From Leptospiraceae bacterium (GTDB taxonomy: Bacteria; Spirochaetota; Leptospiria; Leptospirales; Leptonemataceae), in NCBI GenBank assembly GCA_040217195.1, contig JAVJNR010000005.1:480001-544000 (forward strand): a stretch of 64,000 nucleotides of DNA. The letters are read 5' to 3'. Every line of letters begins with the position of its first letter. Positions within the stretch are counted from its first letter, which is position 1. The notes beneath the pieces are model-generated. The model did not search any database, was not told the origin of the DNA, and saw only the letters and a list, made by a program, of their open reading frames with translations. Below, one piece after another: positions 52,001-61,200 of this stretch. Both the position numbers and the translations under genes were made by a program.

Positions 52001-52901
52001 GGTTCTGACCTTTTAAATGCAGTCCGATTCGCCCCACATCGTCGGCCAGTCGGTCCACTGCTTTTTGCATAAAAGACGAATGATAGGGGCCAGAAACATT
52101 GAGGAAATCCAGAGCATTGGCCAGGTCCTCATGCTTTCTCGACAGGTACGAAGCAAATCGCGCCATGGATGCAGTATGACCGGAAATAATAAAAGAATCT
52201 GCACCGTTTCTTAGACCAACCTCTAACGGTATTTCTATTCCGTTGAGCTTCTGAAAATCATCCAGCACGGTATCCAGACGCTCCGGGCTTTCGCATCGAA
52301 TGGAAGCCATGGGAGTAGGTCTTGGTCCCTGCCAGCCAGAAAGCAAATCGTGCCCCAGTTTCACTGGAGCGAAAGCTTCTCTGGTGCGATACCCCTGCCA
52401 GAATAGTAAACGGATCAGATCCGAGAATGCTTTGAGAAAGTCCGTTCCTTCCAGACCCTGGGCAACCAGCAAAGCTCCATGAATGCCCTGGGAATGACCC
52501 ACCGCAGCCACGGTATTCTGTAGCAATGAGTTCTGATCGATGCCTGAGTTCAGGAATCTGAGGTAGTGAGCTACTTGAGTCGCCAGGATCAATGGTCCGG
52601 AGTACACACCCTGGGCCAGTGCCGGTTCATTGGTTCGAATGGAACCTTCCAGCCAGCTCTTTAGATCATAGCCCAGACTGAACCATTCCGGATTCAATTG
52701 CCGGGCATCGGAGTATTCCTTGTTTAATGTTTCAAATAAACAGTTAAAGAATTCCCCCAGTTCTGGAGAATATTGCTGATATACCTGCTTTAGTTCTCCT
52801 AGATAGCCGGCCCCCTGGCCGCCAAACTGAATTAGAAAGGAGGCCTGCCCCTTTTCAATTTCTCGGGTTAATGTATTCGATTGAATTTGTGCTTCTTTCA
52901 T
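43011..52901 (-). CDS. fas: Single-chain type I fatty acid synthase (mycobacterial/fungal architecture AT-ER-DH-MPT-ACP-KR-KS), about 3300 aa
   Basis: AT FGGQG/GHSQG; FMN-ER GGMTPTT, FKPG, EGGAAGGHHSWE; DH SGDLNPIH/HGMWT; MPT FTGQGSQ/GHSLGEY/IDVPFHS; ACP GGNSSKRNQ; KR TGAGPGSIA/YAESK; KS ACATG, HDTST, GHSK. ATG 52901 chosen. Confidence 0.93.
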   Translation of the reverse strand: MKEAQIQSNTLTREIEKGQASFLIQFGGQGAGYLGELKQVYQQYSPELGEFFNCLFETLNKEYSDARQLNPEWFSLGYDLKSWLEGSIRTNEPALAQGVYSGPLILATQVAHYLRFLNSGIDQNSLLQNTVAAVGHSQGIHGALLVAQGLEGTDFLKAFSDLIRLLFWQGYRTREAFAPVKLGHDLLSGWQGPRPTPMASIRCESPERLDTVLDDFQKLNGIEIPLEVGLRNGADSFIISGHTASMARFASYLSRKHEDLANALDFLNVSGPYHSSFMQKAVDRLADDVGRIGLHLKGQNLKIPVLDPLNGRNLQEVGDLEQYVVEASTIRKVDWHRLMQKAAGLGASYCLSFGPGESIRAISRPYLEPVGAIQPGLHKKSGIDKLINGSFRRTRPWKDYAPVQGKLPDGSCIALNAYSRFTGRPPIFGGGMTPTTAEIDIVLSAACEGRIVEWAGGGQVTEAIFRQRIQRQANQLPSGQGIIVNLLYLDAYLWNLQYPLVRKLKQEGYPIDGVTISAGIPDKKEALEILDGLESVGICINSFKPGTHKQIAQVLEIAAEKPERKLIMQVEGGAAGGHHSWENLEELIERNYSRIRSRENVILTVGGGIHSPEQANQWLQGTWSETCMPVDGVFLGTRLMAAREAATSNTVKEALVNLSGSDWSDVRKNQKGSDVVSGRSGLGADIYYASNHWSATSSYLEKLLSDAGGEKANQIIAENRLRIIESLNATVKPYFGDVEEMTYEQMLRRFLELTAPGDRLKAPEGLWPDEPFIDVSFRDRFHNLLERVQSRFAETEEESVLQRDSNSPADFIESLRSDHPGISDLPVLPEDVQYFYEVCRKPGKPVNFIPYLDESLLKWYRSDSLWYSHCEGVDPDQCAWIPGPVAVAGIQKANEPVVEILKSFEQAVFASSKPSDEVLHLSESETAHAAIADGLDKLSELCLQSRGILCTLLKARFVVRGHKKILSTIPQAFALEEGMSLGWDLGKDGSLVALTAYRTGVRGKKHVMAELSLEGDSILFRRFPLSGGPAFLRQFQDSGLPWARFLELSSPVKTSQDFYQSLWDLQEASPGGQEYSFILDDRQLESFRAAVDGQSSALSSFAIVAGWKPMLRSLFEPEAAGDVMQLVHLFQEFKWGKGYFQWKTGERVQARARIERILWNASGKEVQIRGELRNQTQDVILSFVSGFLIRGEAPTENTEIYRPETLEFLPPDDASVSFLRGLDFLKCGTIGPGWRVSIHPEKAIIKRRVDGTSHWIVQGKLNQQGLPVGRVNLDWKGKNSPLEKLLNLFPVSSEEVTLEKPVLIYSEKDESPSSMNDYANASGDLNPIHLDSHMALEAGFSSPIVHGMWTSARILDSLVRNVAAGDASRVTSLKSQFQAPLHPGQEFFIRTYHVSNSRGRKNLRVEAITESGVQVYLGQATIEQVPTAYVFTGQGSQSQGMGMAFYDRYASARQVWDQAEVVTTEELGFSILDIVRNNPEEVRIGHEKFRHPKGVLNLTQFTQVGLVAKAMADWAILRENGLLSRDACFAGHSLGEYAALASQGILPLESVIRIVYHRGLTMQSLVERDEHGNSPYRMTVVLGNKKAGLSEMRIEELVAETRAKVDKPLEIVNFNIRDRQYSVTGHIDAIEALEADLRKVSGGHKTFVRIPGIDVPFHSSILLPGVSAFREVLQQNLNSVNGLETLDGRYIPNLVAQPFTLTDEFLRAVQSKTGSSAIREIQDSSIPLAEARKLLLIELLAYQFAQPVLWIQTQDYLFQEKGIRRVIDIGARGDLAGMARQTLKQMDLPHAVEVLHVEEDEARVFQRMEDAFDLYEDHRSKESAESAIARSESELDEAKAPVESETKMEISQSDKPESKVSRPSASVGQEEPDAKDLSEKGTKQIQSESADPGKLMDAKEGLFALLAWKAELRAEQIQESETIDEIFGGNSSKRNQVLADLASEFNTSELEGVQEKRLSDVIDLLRRKVSYGGPGPYLRAAFENFLKEFMPPGRNRPEVLEFLRSKSAPEGLIILATVRFPLMARSGPSIRDGNLGSLPVDKRFSSKDQADQWLEKALHSLAQEKGIQIQSDDSRTGAVAVDSAALAELEARYFGLEGSFARLIRATSQQLLGQDPFEPLIVQDRTTLANASVTSDKEHGKQYKSILESRFDSRKVVHFDNPLPWIRKNLYCEFWELMTGNRPHFSESLKRQSRSCADSLESLLGYMERKAHHRNPDVEIRVQELKEDLQIASSGYYSIHGRIQCETEISRDGSLNLRSIEEPGNVIPELFDSGHASFRRSNDEGQSFQDYDCSVEEFLKQLPSSSNPMNLSGRCILVTGAGPGSIALDIVRNLLSSGATVILGTSTYSDDRLEFYKDVYQISASKDSSLIVIPFSQGSLSDIRDLVEYCFDQDWIPDTILPFGAIGEEGDLASVGPDSLAGIRVMLLGVQSLLAEVVEQYRKRFLKGPFQFILPLSPNHGAFGKDGLYAESKLALEVMLRKWYSEYEQWGRYCSLKAVRIGWVRSTGLMALNDVVAPEMEKVHGIRTFHSQEMAELITSIMGFNAWSDPSPLMADLTGGLTNLTGLREKVQSIREELLRKSTRARALYALELNIEEKQSVRTVKPLELYSSSIALGPVEQTEIKSNLSLEDIVCVVGFGEVSPGGSTRTRWELEQGGDLSLEASVELAWTMGLIEYKNTGEGYFWVDTESGEIVNAAEVSRKYGDRFRSGTGIRLVNPEVTGFDPGHQPVYSEIVLEEDFYIPVADEGEGREFQDALPEDTDVYHDSQKDRWFIRRKAGTTIRVLKSVGLDRFVAGQIPDGWDPERYGLSRELIRQVDRVTLFNLISTAEAFLQAGMEPSELFEYIHPSDAGSTVGGGLGGTSRLNSVFTDHLLNRTRQNDALQETLINVTVAYAVTAYLGSTGPIQTPVAACATGGVSLDMAMNLFQSGKAKFLMAGGFDEISAQGMIGFGDMEATAKTNEMLDRGIEPARMSRPNDSRRGGFVESHGGGLLLLARGDLAFEMGLPVYGMVGMSATHSDGLHMSIPAPGQGLLSIARESVAGPEAKAAHSSVSDIKTGNEVSGPAASDTCQSRSPLGEALANFGLGADDIGVIYKHDTSTKANDVNENRLHETIQKQLGRHPGNPLPVVSQKSYTGHSKAGAASWQMIGLLQCMHSGIIPGNRSLQNVDRAMNEFSHLLFTDETIHLGEGRIKAGLFSTLGFGHVGAMGLLISGVLFESFLTQEEKKLYRSKLQKRSRSIVRRLHEMRTGLQNPLFVRRVPEPRELSEEAEMLLNSDSRWNATEGRFETREVAK

Positions 52902-52966
52902 GATTCTTTCCGTGTCAAAAGAATCATTGCATGCTTTTAATCTGCAACTCAATGGTCCAGGCGAAC

Positions 52967-53004
52967 ATTGATGGGATGCGACAAATGATTGGTTAACTGC
53001 GCCA
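52967..53004 (-). promoter_or_regulatory. Tandem 17-bp direct repeats (21-bp period), candidate AraC operator upstream of fas
   Basis: Minus strand reads TGGCGCAGTTAACCAAT-N4-TGTCGCATCCCATCAAT. Confidence 0.55.
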
Positions 53005-53166
53005 AAGCACTGTTTCGATTAGGGATTGGGGCCTGGGCGCATTTCGCGACTATCGTAATGCGATTTCTAACTCTCAGAAAATTGGCTGTATTACGAATTC
53101 GGGGGATGGATCCTTAGAGGCATTACTAGAAATACGAAGAAAGGAACAAGAAAACTGTTGGGGACG

Positions 53167-54213
53167 TTACTGTTCTTTCAAAGTCTTTCGGTAGGAACCG
53201 GGAGTAGAACCGAACCAGCCCTGGAATGCATGCTGAAAGGAACTTGCATCCGAAAAACCTAAAAGATGAGCAATTTCTATCATTCGGATATCTTCTTTAA
53301 TATAATGTTGAACCAGAGTCTTTCGTGTTTCTTCCAGAAGATCCCGAAAGCTGGTTCCTTCTGCCTTTAGCTTACGCTGAAGAGTACGACGATCCATAAA
53401 AAGCTGATCCGCCACATCATCAATACCGGTCTTTCCCTCGGGAAGGAGCCTGAGTAGCAATTCCTGCACTTGGTGCCCCAGACCGGTGCGTACTTCCAGT
53501 TGCTGTAGAAGTTGTTCAGCTCTGCCTTCCATATATCGCTGAATATAGGAGTTGGCCGTATTCAATTCACAGGATAAATATTTTCGATCCAAAACCAGCC
53601 CAGTATCAGGCTGCTTGAACTTGATTTCCGTTTGAAAGATTTCTTCGTATTTCTTCTTATAGCCTGGATCCGCATGTGCGTATCTAACCTCGTTCAGCTC
53701 GATACGTTTGCCGGTAAATTTCTTGATATAATGGTAGCATTGAACCGTATAATGCTCGGACATCCAGCGGTTCTGGTGGGCCACGGATGTGTTAATATAG
53801 TGAATACCGGCTGTTTTCTGACCTTCTCTAAATTCAAAGCGATCTGTCTCGCAGACCAGACGGGCAAATCTAGCCCAGTGACGAAGTGCTGCTCGCAAAT
53901 TGGAACAGAGCATTACGATGTGGGTCACAAAGTGCATTTGCGAATCCCCGTAATGAGAAAATAAATCCAATCCCAGAGAGGGGTTATCGGTGCGCTCCAC
54001 AGCCAATTGCCATAGATCCAGGCATTGGCGCAGGCCAATTCGCATATCCGGATCATCGAAGGAGAAGTCCTGCAGCCCAATATTCTGGCAGATTTCCTGC
54101 AACTCCATGCCATTCTTCTGTAGAAGTGCAATGAGAACTGGATTGACCATGGATGAGGTGGTGGGCTGCACGCTATGCTGAGAATTCTTTTCGTCGCTTG
54201 AAATGGCCTTCAT
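53167..54213 (-). CDS. AraC family regulator with Arabinose_bd_2-type N-terminal domain
   Basis: DPDMRI...LW..AV..T.NP.LGL N-terminus. C-terminal VADQLFMDRRTLQRKLKAEGTSF...IAHLLGFSDASSFQHAF..WFG.TP. Confidence 0.9.
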   Translation of the reverse strand: MKAISSDEKNSQHSVQPTTSSMVNPVLIALLQKNGMELQEICQNIGLQDFSFDDPDMRIGLRQCLDLWQLAVERTDNPSLGLDLFSHYGDSQMHFVTHIVMLCSNLRAALRHWARFARLVCETDRFEFREGQKTAGIHYINTSVAHQNRWMSEHYTVQCYHYIKKFTGKRIELNEVRYAHADPGYKKKYEEIFQTEIKFKQPDTGLVLDRKYLSCELNTANSYIQRYMEGRAEQLLQQLEVRTGLGHQVQELLLRLLPEGKTGIDDVADQLFMDRRTLQRKLKAEGTSFRDLLEETRKTLVQHYIKEDIRMIEIAHLLGFSDASSFQHAFQGWFGSTPGSYRKTLKEQ

Positions 54214-54311
54214 AGAATACCGTGAGAGCTTAACCCTGAATGGGGCCTCACATCAGTAAACCAGAAAATCCAGAGACGATTAATGCCAGCTTCGTATTTG
54301 CTCAACCTACG

Positions 54312-54557
54312 CTAACGGGATTTGCTTTGCACTTGATGACTCAAGATTTCGGACAGACCGGCTGCCGCTTCTGCACTCATACGAACGTTGGTTCCGCCCT
54401 TTACGAGCCCATCGGAATCCACCAGGAGATGACGAATCTCCACTTCGTAGTTCGTAGCGCGCACCTGAACAGTGTTAGAATAGAATTCACCAAGCTGCAA
54501 TTCATTGCCGGCAGAATCCCTGGGAAATTTTAGTCGAGTGGTCTGATTCTTCTTCAT
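54312..54557 (-). CDS. Small protein, DUF3467-like
   Basis: GGGAGG RBS before ATG 54557. FYSN.VQV......E...VRMS...A..L..IL pattern. Confidence 0.55.
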   Translation of the reverse strand: MKKNQTTRLKFPRDSAGNELQLGEFYSNTVQVRATNYEVEIRHLLVDSDGLVKGGTNVRMSAEAAAGLSEILSHQVQSKSR

Positions 54558-54691
54558 GATTGATCCTCCCACTCTATGTGTCTTGAGAAGCTGTTCCGTT
54601 CGAAAAAAGGAACCACCATCGCCCCTGAATTGGAAAGTAATTCATACTGTTTTGCTAAATCTCCGGGCCATTTTCAGTTTACCTGTTCCTT

Positions 54692-55270
54692 CTACTTGCT
54701 CATTCGGTTTTCTTCTGCGCGCTTCCTGGCTTCTTCGATCAACTCCCAGTCCGGCTCTTTCTGCCACCATTTGCGATTGTTCGGCCAATCCTTCAGATCC
54801 ACCTTCTCCAGGTTGGGACTGTTCGCAAGGATCGCTTCCATTAGATCACCACCACTGACGACGCCCACCCCGAACTCCAGGCTTCTTTTCGGGTCCTTGC
54901 TCCGCACCTTCACTATGCCTCCCAGGGCAAGGGCTTTATGCACGGCGACGATCTCATCGTAGTTGATACGGACCCAGTGTCGGAAAATCCGTTTACCTTC
55001 AATACCCTCTGCATCGCGCATTACCAGGTTTGATGTTTTAAACAATCCTAATAGGAAATCTCCGGTAAAGATAACCCCTCCCGCACCAAAAACGAAGAAT
55101 CCGAAGGTCCAGAAATTGGTCGGCTCCCTTATGAAATTGAGCGCTGAATGATAGATAATCGCCCAGCCCAATCCGAAAAACCATACAGAAACCACCGTTC
55201 CTACGATCAGGGAAATAGCGTTCCCGCCCACATTTCGGTGTCTTGCCGGTCTCATTGTATTCTTGGCCAT
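54692..55270 (-). CDS. 2-TM membrane protein, candidate immunity protein
   Basis: GGGAGG RBS, two TMs and a PH-like soluble C-terminus. The start overlaps the last 19 bp of the giant ORF. Confidence 0.65.
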   Translation of the reverse strand: MAKNTMRPARHRNVGGNAISLIVGTVVSVWFFGLGWAIIYHSALNFIREPTNFWTFGFFVFGAGGVIFTGDFLLGLFKTSNLVMRDAEGIEGKRIFRHWVRINYDEIVAVHKALALGGIVKVRSKDPKRSLEFGVGVVSGGDLMEAILANSPNLEKVDLKDWPNNRKWWQKEPDWELIEEARKRAEENRMSK

Positions 55271-58200
55271 GCTACCTCCCAGAATGCATCGTTCGCCAGG
55301 TCAAAGGGCATTGGCGTTACTGTGCCCTGAAGCCAATCGTTTGCCTGTCTTCCTTTATAAGAGTATTCGAATCGGGTCAGAGGCGCCGACCCTCGCGTTC
55401 CATAGATGCCAAGGGCCTGACTTCCCATGCCAAAGCCAGCTTGAATGAGTGTTCGGGTGAACCTTTCACTGCCCATTCCCCAGCCGTGTTCAGGCATTGT
55501 CTGATAGATCTCGTTTAATCCAAGGAACGCACCATTCCCAATAATCTTCCCCGTATCGTTCAACAATCGAGTACCACCGATAGCAGAAGAACCAGCGCCG
55601 GTAAAGAATCCCTGGCCAAACGAACTATAGGCATCACTCAATGTATATTCCTCGCCTTGCATCGATGCAACTGTCATGTCCAGAGGAATTTTTGCCGCAC
55701 CAGACGTTGCTCCGTTGATGGCCATGGAATTCAGAGTATATTTGTTTCTATAGACTTTGTTAAGGATGGCTCGTCCGGGTGCCGTGCTGCCAATCCTGGC
55801 TGCCATGCTGGATTTTCGGAACTTGTTGAATGCTCCCATTCCCAGGCGCAACTTATGGGCATTACTTCCCAATCTGGCTGCCTTATAGCCACGATAGGCC
55901 AACTTTCCTGCTGTAAATGCCTTCATTGCTCCCAGGGTTATCAACTCCGTGGTTACCATTTCCGCAATTTCATAATGAACCATTCCTCGTTTGTACCGAG
56001 TCTGAATCTCCGCACCCAGGATCGCACCAGTTTCCAGTCCATTTCCTTTTAGGACAGTGGCTATCTTCGCTCTAAGCCTTTCCTTTCGATCGGCAGCCTT
56101 TTGATCGAGCCTGGCTTCAAAAGCTTTCTGCTCTCGGGTTATCTGATCCCAGGATTTGTCGTTAACAAGGTATTTAGTCCTCTGAATGCCTTCGCGGAGC
56201 CAATATTTTAAGAAGCGTTCCGTCCCCTTGAATCGATCCTTAAAGCCATGCGCCTGGAAGCCTTCACCCAGATCGTATCGGTCAAGAGCCTCCTGCATGT
56301 GCTTTCTATAAATCAGATATTCCTGGTAACTTCCTTTGCCAAAGCGTTTATTCATGGATTTACGCAACCTATCTCGCATTCGCTCTTTTAGCTGATAGGC
56401 ATGGGATTGGCCCACTTTCGCAGGTGCATAAATATTCGTACCCTGGTAAAGAAACTCTGTTTTCTTGGCTCCATAGTGCTTGTGCATTTGTTTTGCACGC
56501 ACAATCCGCGCCAGAGGATGGGAGGAATCCACGCCTACTGAATCGCCACCTTCCTTGATACCACTTTGAATCGCTCCAAATGTCTCCCATGGACCCGGCT
56601 GCCTGCCCACTGTATCTGGTGCAGGTCCGGTCATTAGATCAGACCATTCTTTGTCCATTGCACCCAGGTTTTGAAGATTCTGTTCACTGAGCACCCGAGT
56701 TGGATCGCCACCGTATTTACGGATGACCAGTTCCGTTGCCTCTGCCACGGACATGCCGGCAGCCTGGGAAAGACGATCGATTTCAATGTAGCATTCCTCT
56801 TGAATGTTTCTATCCCCATGCTTGACTATTTCCGCAGCAGCCACATCTGCTGCAGAACTGAGCTTACCTTCCCTGGAGGATCTTCCCAATTGGCGGCTTC
56901 TAACCTTGATTGCTTTACGAACACTGGCTTTTCCATATGCTTCATTGAATCTCCTGGCCAGTTTCCGGGCCTTTTCTTCGTCCCTGGTTGCTCCCAGAAA
57001 AATGTCCAGTACCGTTTGTTTTCCCGATTCATCCCTGGTCCTCTTCGCTTCCTTCCAGGCTTTTCTAAGCCTTTTCTCCTTGTCTCTATTGGCTTGCGCT
57101 TTGAGTTCTTGGCCCAATCCAGCGTTCAGTGCACCTCCAACTATGCTTGTCCAGCTTTTCAATCCCGGGCTAACGCTGGCATTATAACTATGGTCCAGTC
57201 CCAGGCTCCGCCGCCCCAGTTCCCAGGTAGAATCCACCAAGCTTCCAGTCATGGAATTCAGAATGGAGTTGCGAAAGCCCGTTCCAAAACCATTTTCGCT
57301 TCCTTGAATCAAAGGCTTGGAACCAGTCATTTGATTACCGCTAGCTGCTGCGCTTATTCCGTAGGAGGTTAGCCCCGAAAGGATGCCTTTGCCCAGAGCA
57401 CGACCATCATGGTTTCCTCGCTGATATTCAGCCCGCGCTGCACCAATTCCGGCTCCCAGTGCTGAAGCCACCTGAGCCCAGCCTTTTGGCACAAGAGAAG
57501 ATCCCATTTCAGAAGCTCTGGCAACCAGGTCTCCGGTGGTAAATTCATAGGTTGAACGGCCAGTCCGAACGTCTGCTTTGATACCGGCGGTGAGTATTCC
57601 CGCCCCGGCAGAATACAGGCCCAGACTGGCGCCACCGTCCAGATATATGGCGCCGGCCTGGACTGCGGTGGCACCCAGGACCAGTCCACCGGCACGTATC
57701 AGCTTACCCCGATTTCTACCATAGACTCTGGTGCCCACTTCTAAATCATGATAGGCCTGCACAGAGCCCAGCTGCGCCTTGTTCATCGCCCCGGTAATAG
57801 GATCGATGAAAGGTCCGCGCTTCGCAATATTTTCAGAGCTCTTTCTGGATACCTGCTCATTCATAAACTTCATCTGTAGATAAAACCCCGGTATACCTGG
57901 CTGGCCTGGACGACTTTCTCCTCCCAGCTCTCCCAGCCCTCCGGCGAACTGATGGATCATCGCTGTAACTCCGGAATGCTGATTCGCCGCATGGTAGGAG
58001 CTAACGTCCTTGCCGGCCATCTGATCAGCCATCAAAGATGCCTTGCCATCCGGCGCTCTTCCCATCCAGCATCCGAAATCTCCGAGCACATCACAGTCCC
58101 GGGACCGGGCTCGAGAAACTTTTTCTCTAGTACTGCCAGCGATGCCCTGCATCCAATTCTGAGCTTTTAGTTTCTCTGTATGTAGTATGGCATCGAACTC

Positions 58201-61200
58201 GGGCTTCGAAACAGAATTCATCAAGGTGCGAAACTCTGGCCGGGACGAAAAAATCTCACTGTCTGCTTTGAAGCGATCTGCCTTCCCCTGAATGTCAAAA
58301 GGATTCACCGGATTGACCAGACCTACATTCCGCCCACCAAGCCCCTTCTTAAGAAAGACTCCATCCATCCTTACAAACCCGGAAGAGAGAGCCGCAGACT
58401 CCGTTCGATTCCTATAGGATTTATTTCGCTTCTGAATGGACTCAACAAATTTATCGATTAGATTTCTATACTCCTCCAGGACTTGAATTCGAGCCAATAC
58501 CTTCATCCTATTATTATGGTGATCCAGTTCTTGACGAAAATCCTTCATCAGATCAAAAGTATCTGGAGCTCCCAGCCCTCTTGATTCCATTTGAAGTTTA
58601 ACGTTGCTATCAAAACGTTCAATGCTTTCGTTGATTGATTCCAGGGATTCGCGATTCAAGGATTGGCGACTAACTTCTTCCACAGCATCATTGATGGTCG
58701 CTGCGCGATCAATTGTTGGTAAGTCGCTTTTCAGGGAGGAACGATGACTTCGAATCTGAGCATTCAATTCATCGATTTCTGCACCCAGATTTTCTCTAAT
58801 GGTCTTTTTTGCCAGTTCTTTGCGAAGCCGGTTTTCCCAGGCCGCCTTTTCAGCATGATGATTTTCAATCCGTGTATTCCATCGGTCTTCGGCAACTCTT
58901 ATCCTCTGTTCTTCCTCGCTTCGTGCATCATGCCACCTTGCCAGAAAGGCATTCTCTGCGGTAGCCCACTGATCCTGACCCCGGTCCATAATAGTCTCCA
59001 TTCTTTGTTCCCAGAGCTCTTTTGTGTGTTTCAGGGATTCTTCGCGCGCTTTCCAGCTCTCCTTTTGCAGTTTGCTCCTCTGCTCCAATTCCCGCTGCTG
59101 GATGGACTTTGCATTCTCCAGCTGATCCTGAAAAACTGTACGAAAACCCTGAAACTCTCGTCCGCCGTGCGATTTCCCGGTAGCTATTATACCTGAACCA
59201 GAGGCCCATTTCAGTAGCTTATGGATGGTACGGGAACGTTCAGAGAGTGCGAACTGGGGCTCGGCAGTCCTACCTTTTTCAATGTACTGTGATTTAGCTT
59301 CACTGCGAAGTGCATTGCCGTGACGAACCATGCTGGAAAGTAGCCGACCAAGGTTGTAAACCTCCTCCGTTTCCGCTTCCGCTGAAATTTCCGGGCGCTG
59401 CGTGGCCTGGCTTTCGAGATTGATTTGCACATTTGGCTGAATAACCTGCACCCCATCACCGGTGAGATCGTTCTCATGTAATCCCCCTTCCTTGGAGTTC
59501 GTTGAATCGCAAGAATGTCGTCTGCCGGTGGAACCGAAGCATTTTGCCTGCTCACTCAGTTTGGAAATATTAAGGGCATCATCTTGATCGTCCGGATTTA
59601 AAGAGGCCTGGTTCGGATCGGAGTCGTACAGATAGTTTAGTTCACCTTCGGTGATTTCGTAACCCAGAACATTTCCGAAGTCCCGGAGTCTTTTTTTCAT
59701 AATTCTAAGATTCGGTGCTTTTGTAAGATAATCCAGATTTGCCTGAGCTCGTTGATATCGCAACTCAGCCCTGCGAACTTCAGCTACCTTTGTATTATCG
59801 CCGACACGGCCTACATTTAGACTGGCTACCACTGAATTGATCTGCTGCAATACCAGCCTGGCTTCGCCCTGGGATAGCATCTTTGCAGCCTGTCGGTAAA
59901 CTGCCACACTGTGACTGGAGCCCACAAAGGCGCCCAGAACCGCTTCTGTGGCGGACTTATAGAGTACCGGAAGCCAGATGCTTCTAGTAATCTGGTTTTC
60001 CTTGATTGCCCGATCCAGGTGGCCAAGACTTTGTAGCCAATTCATATGTACCGGAACGTAGTTTTCGTATCCCAGAGCGGTAGCGCCTCCTGCTTTCATC
60101 CAGGTGCGAATCGCTTCTCTTTCCTTTGCACTCTTGCTTTCCCAACGGCTCAATCCCGTAGCAGCCACTAATTGTTGCATGGAGCTCCATTGGTACTGGG
60201 TCGGATCCAGATTGCCTCCCCAGATGGATCGATTGATTTCTCTGGCCACGGTGCCTGCGCCGTAGAACCAGGACGAGTACTCAGCTCCCAGATTCACAAC
60301 CACTTCAGAATCGCCATCGGGATCCAGGGGAGGAAGTTCATTTGAAATCATTCGATAAACGAAGTCCCGGGCATTCTTGCGCTCTCCATCGCTTCCAGGA
60401 CCAGTCATATCGCCGAAGTTCTGATTGAGCTTTTCCTGAAACCTGGCCTTTGCTTTTTGAACTACCGCCTTGCGCTTATCGATTTCGGCCTGAACCAATG
60501 TGGCCGCCTTTTCCAGTCTTACAGTGCGCTGAGTATGGAAAATATATTCTGCTCTTGCATCTATGAGTTCGCCGTAACGCTCATTCAGATCGCGCAGTGT
60601 CAAAAGGTATAATTCTGCTTCTTCGGCAATCTGCCACTCCGGAGCATCCTCTTCATCGTCCGAGTCCAGAAATCCCGGGTTGAATCCGTGGATTTCTTCC
60701 AGCTCTTCTCGATATTGCTCCAGTCCGTCCGAAAGCTCCCAGTCATCGGGATCGGCTCCCAGTTCGGCAATCTCCTGTAATTGCTCTATGCTAAGTTGTC
60801 CAAAGAGTTCTCGAATCACTTCGTAAGGCTGATGCCCTTCAAAATCGGAATGCTTGGACTCCTGGAGCTCTGTCAGCCTTTCCTGGTCCTCTTCTTCCAG
60901 TTCATCGTCCAGTAGATCGTTTCCATCTTTACGAAGTTGGGCTACTCTTGAGAAATCATCCAGATCATCCTGCAAAAGAACATCAAATCCAGCTTCTTTG
61001 AATTGTCGCTGGGTGGAGTTGTAGGCAGCCAGAGCGCGTTCAAATGCTTCGTCTGCATCCTCCGAGTGTAATTCATAGGCATCTATGGACTCTCCGGAGA
61101 CTTCTTCCGACTCATCGCCGGCTTCCTCTATGCCCCCCTCCGCTGAGTATTCCGTATTTGATGATCCATAACCGTTGGCTACACTCGAATCGGCAGATGC

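Noticed and set aside
43011..52901. Giant synthase as a modular PKS or PUFA (pfa) synthase
   Set aside because: The domain order has AT first and KS last, with an FMN-type ER, an MPT and a single ACP. This is the FAS I architecture, not KS-AT-first PKS/Pfa.
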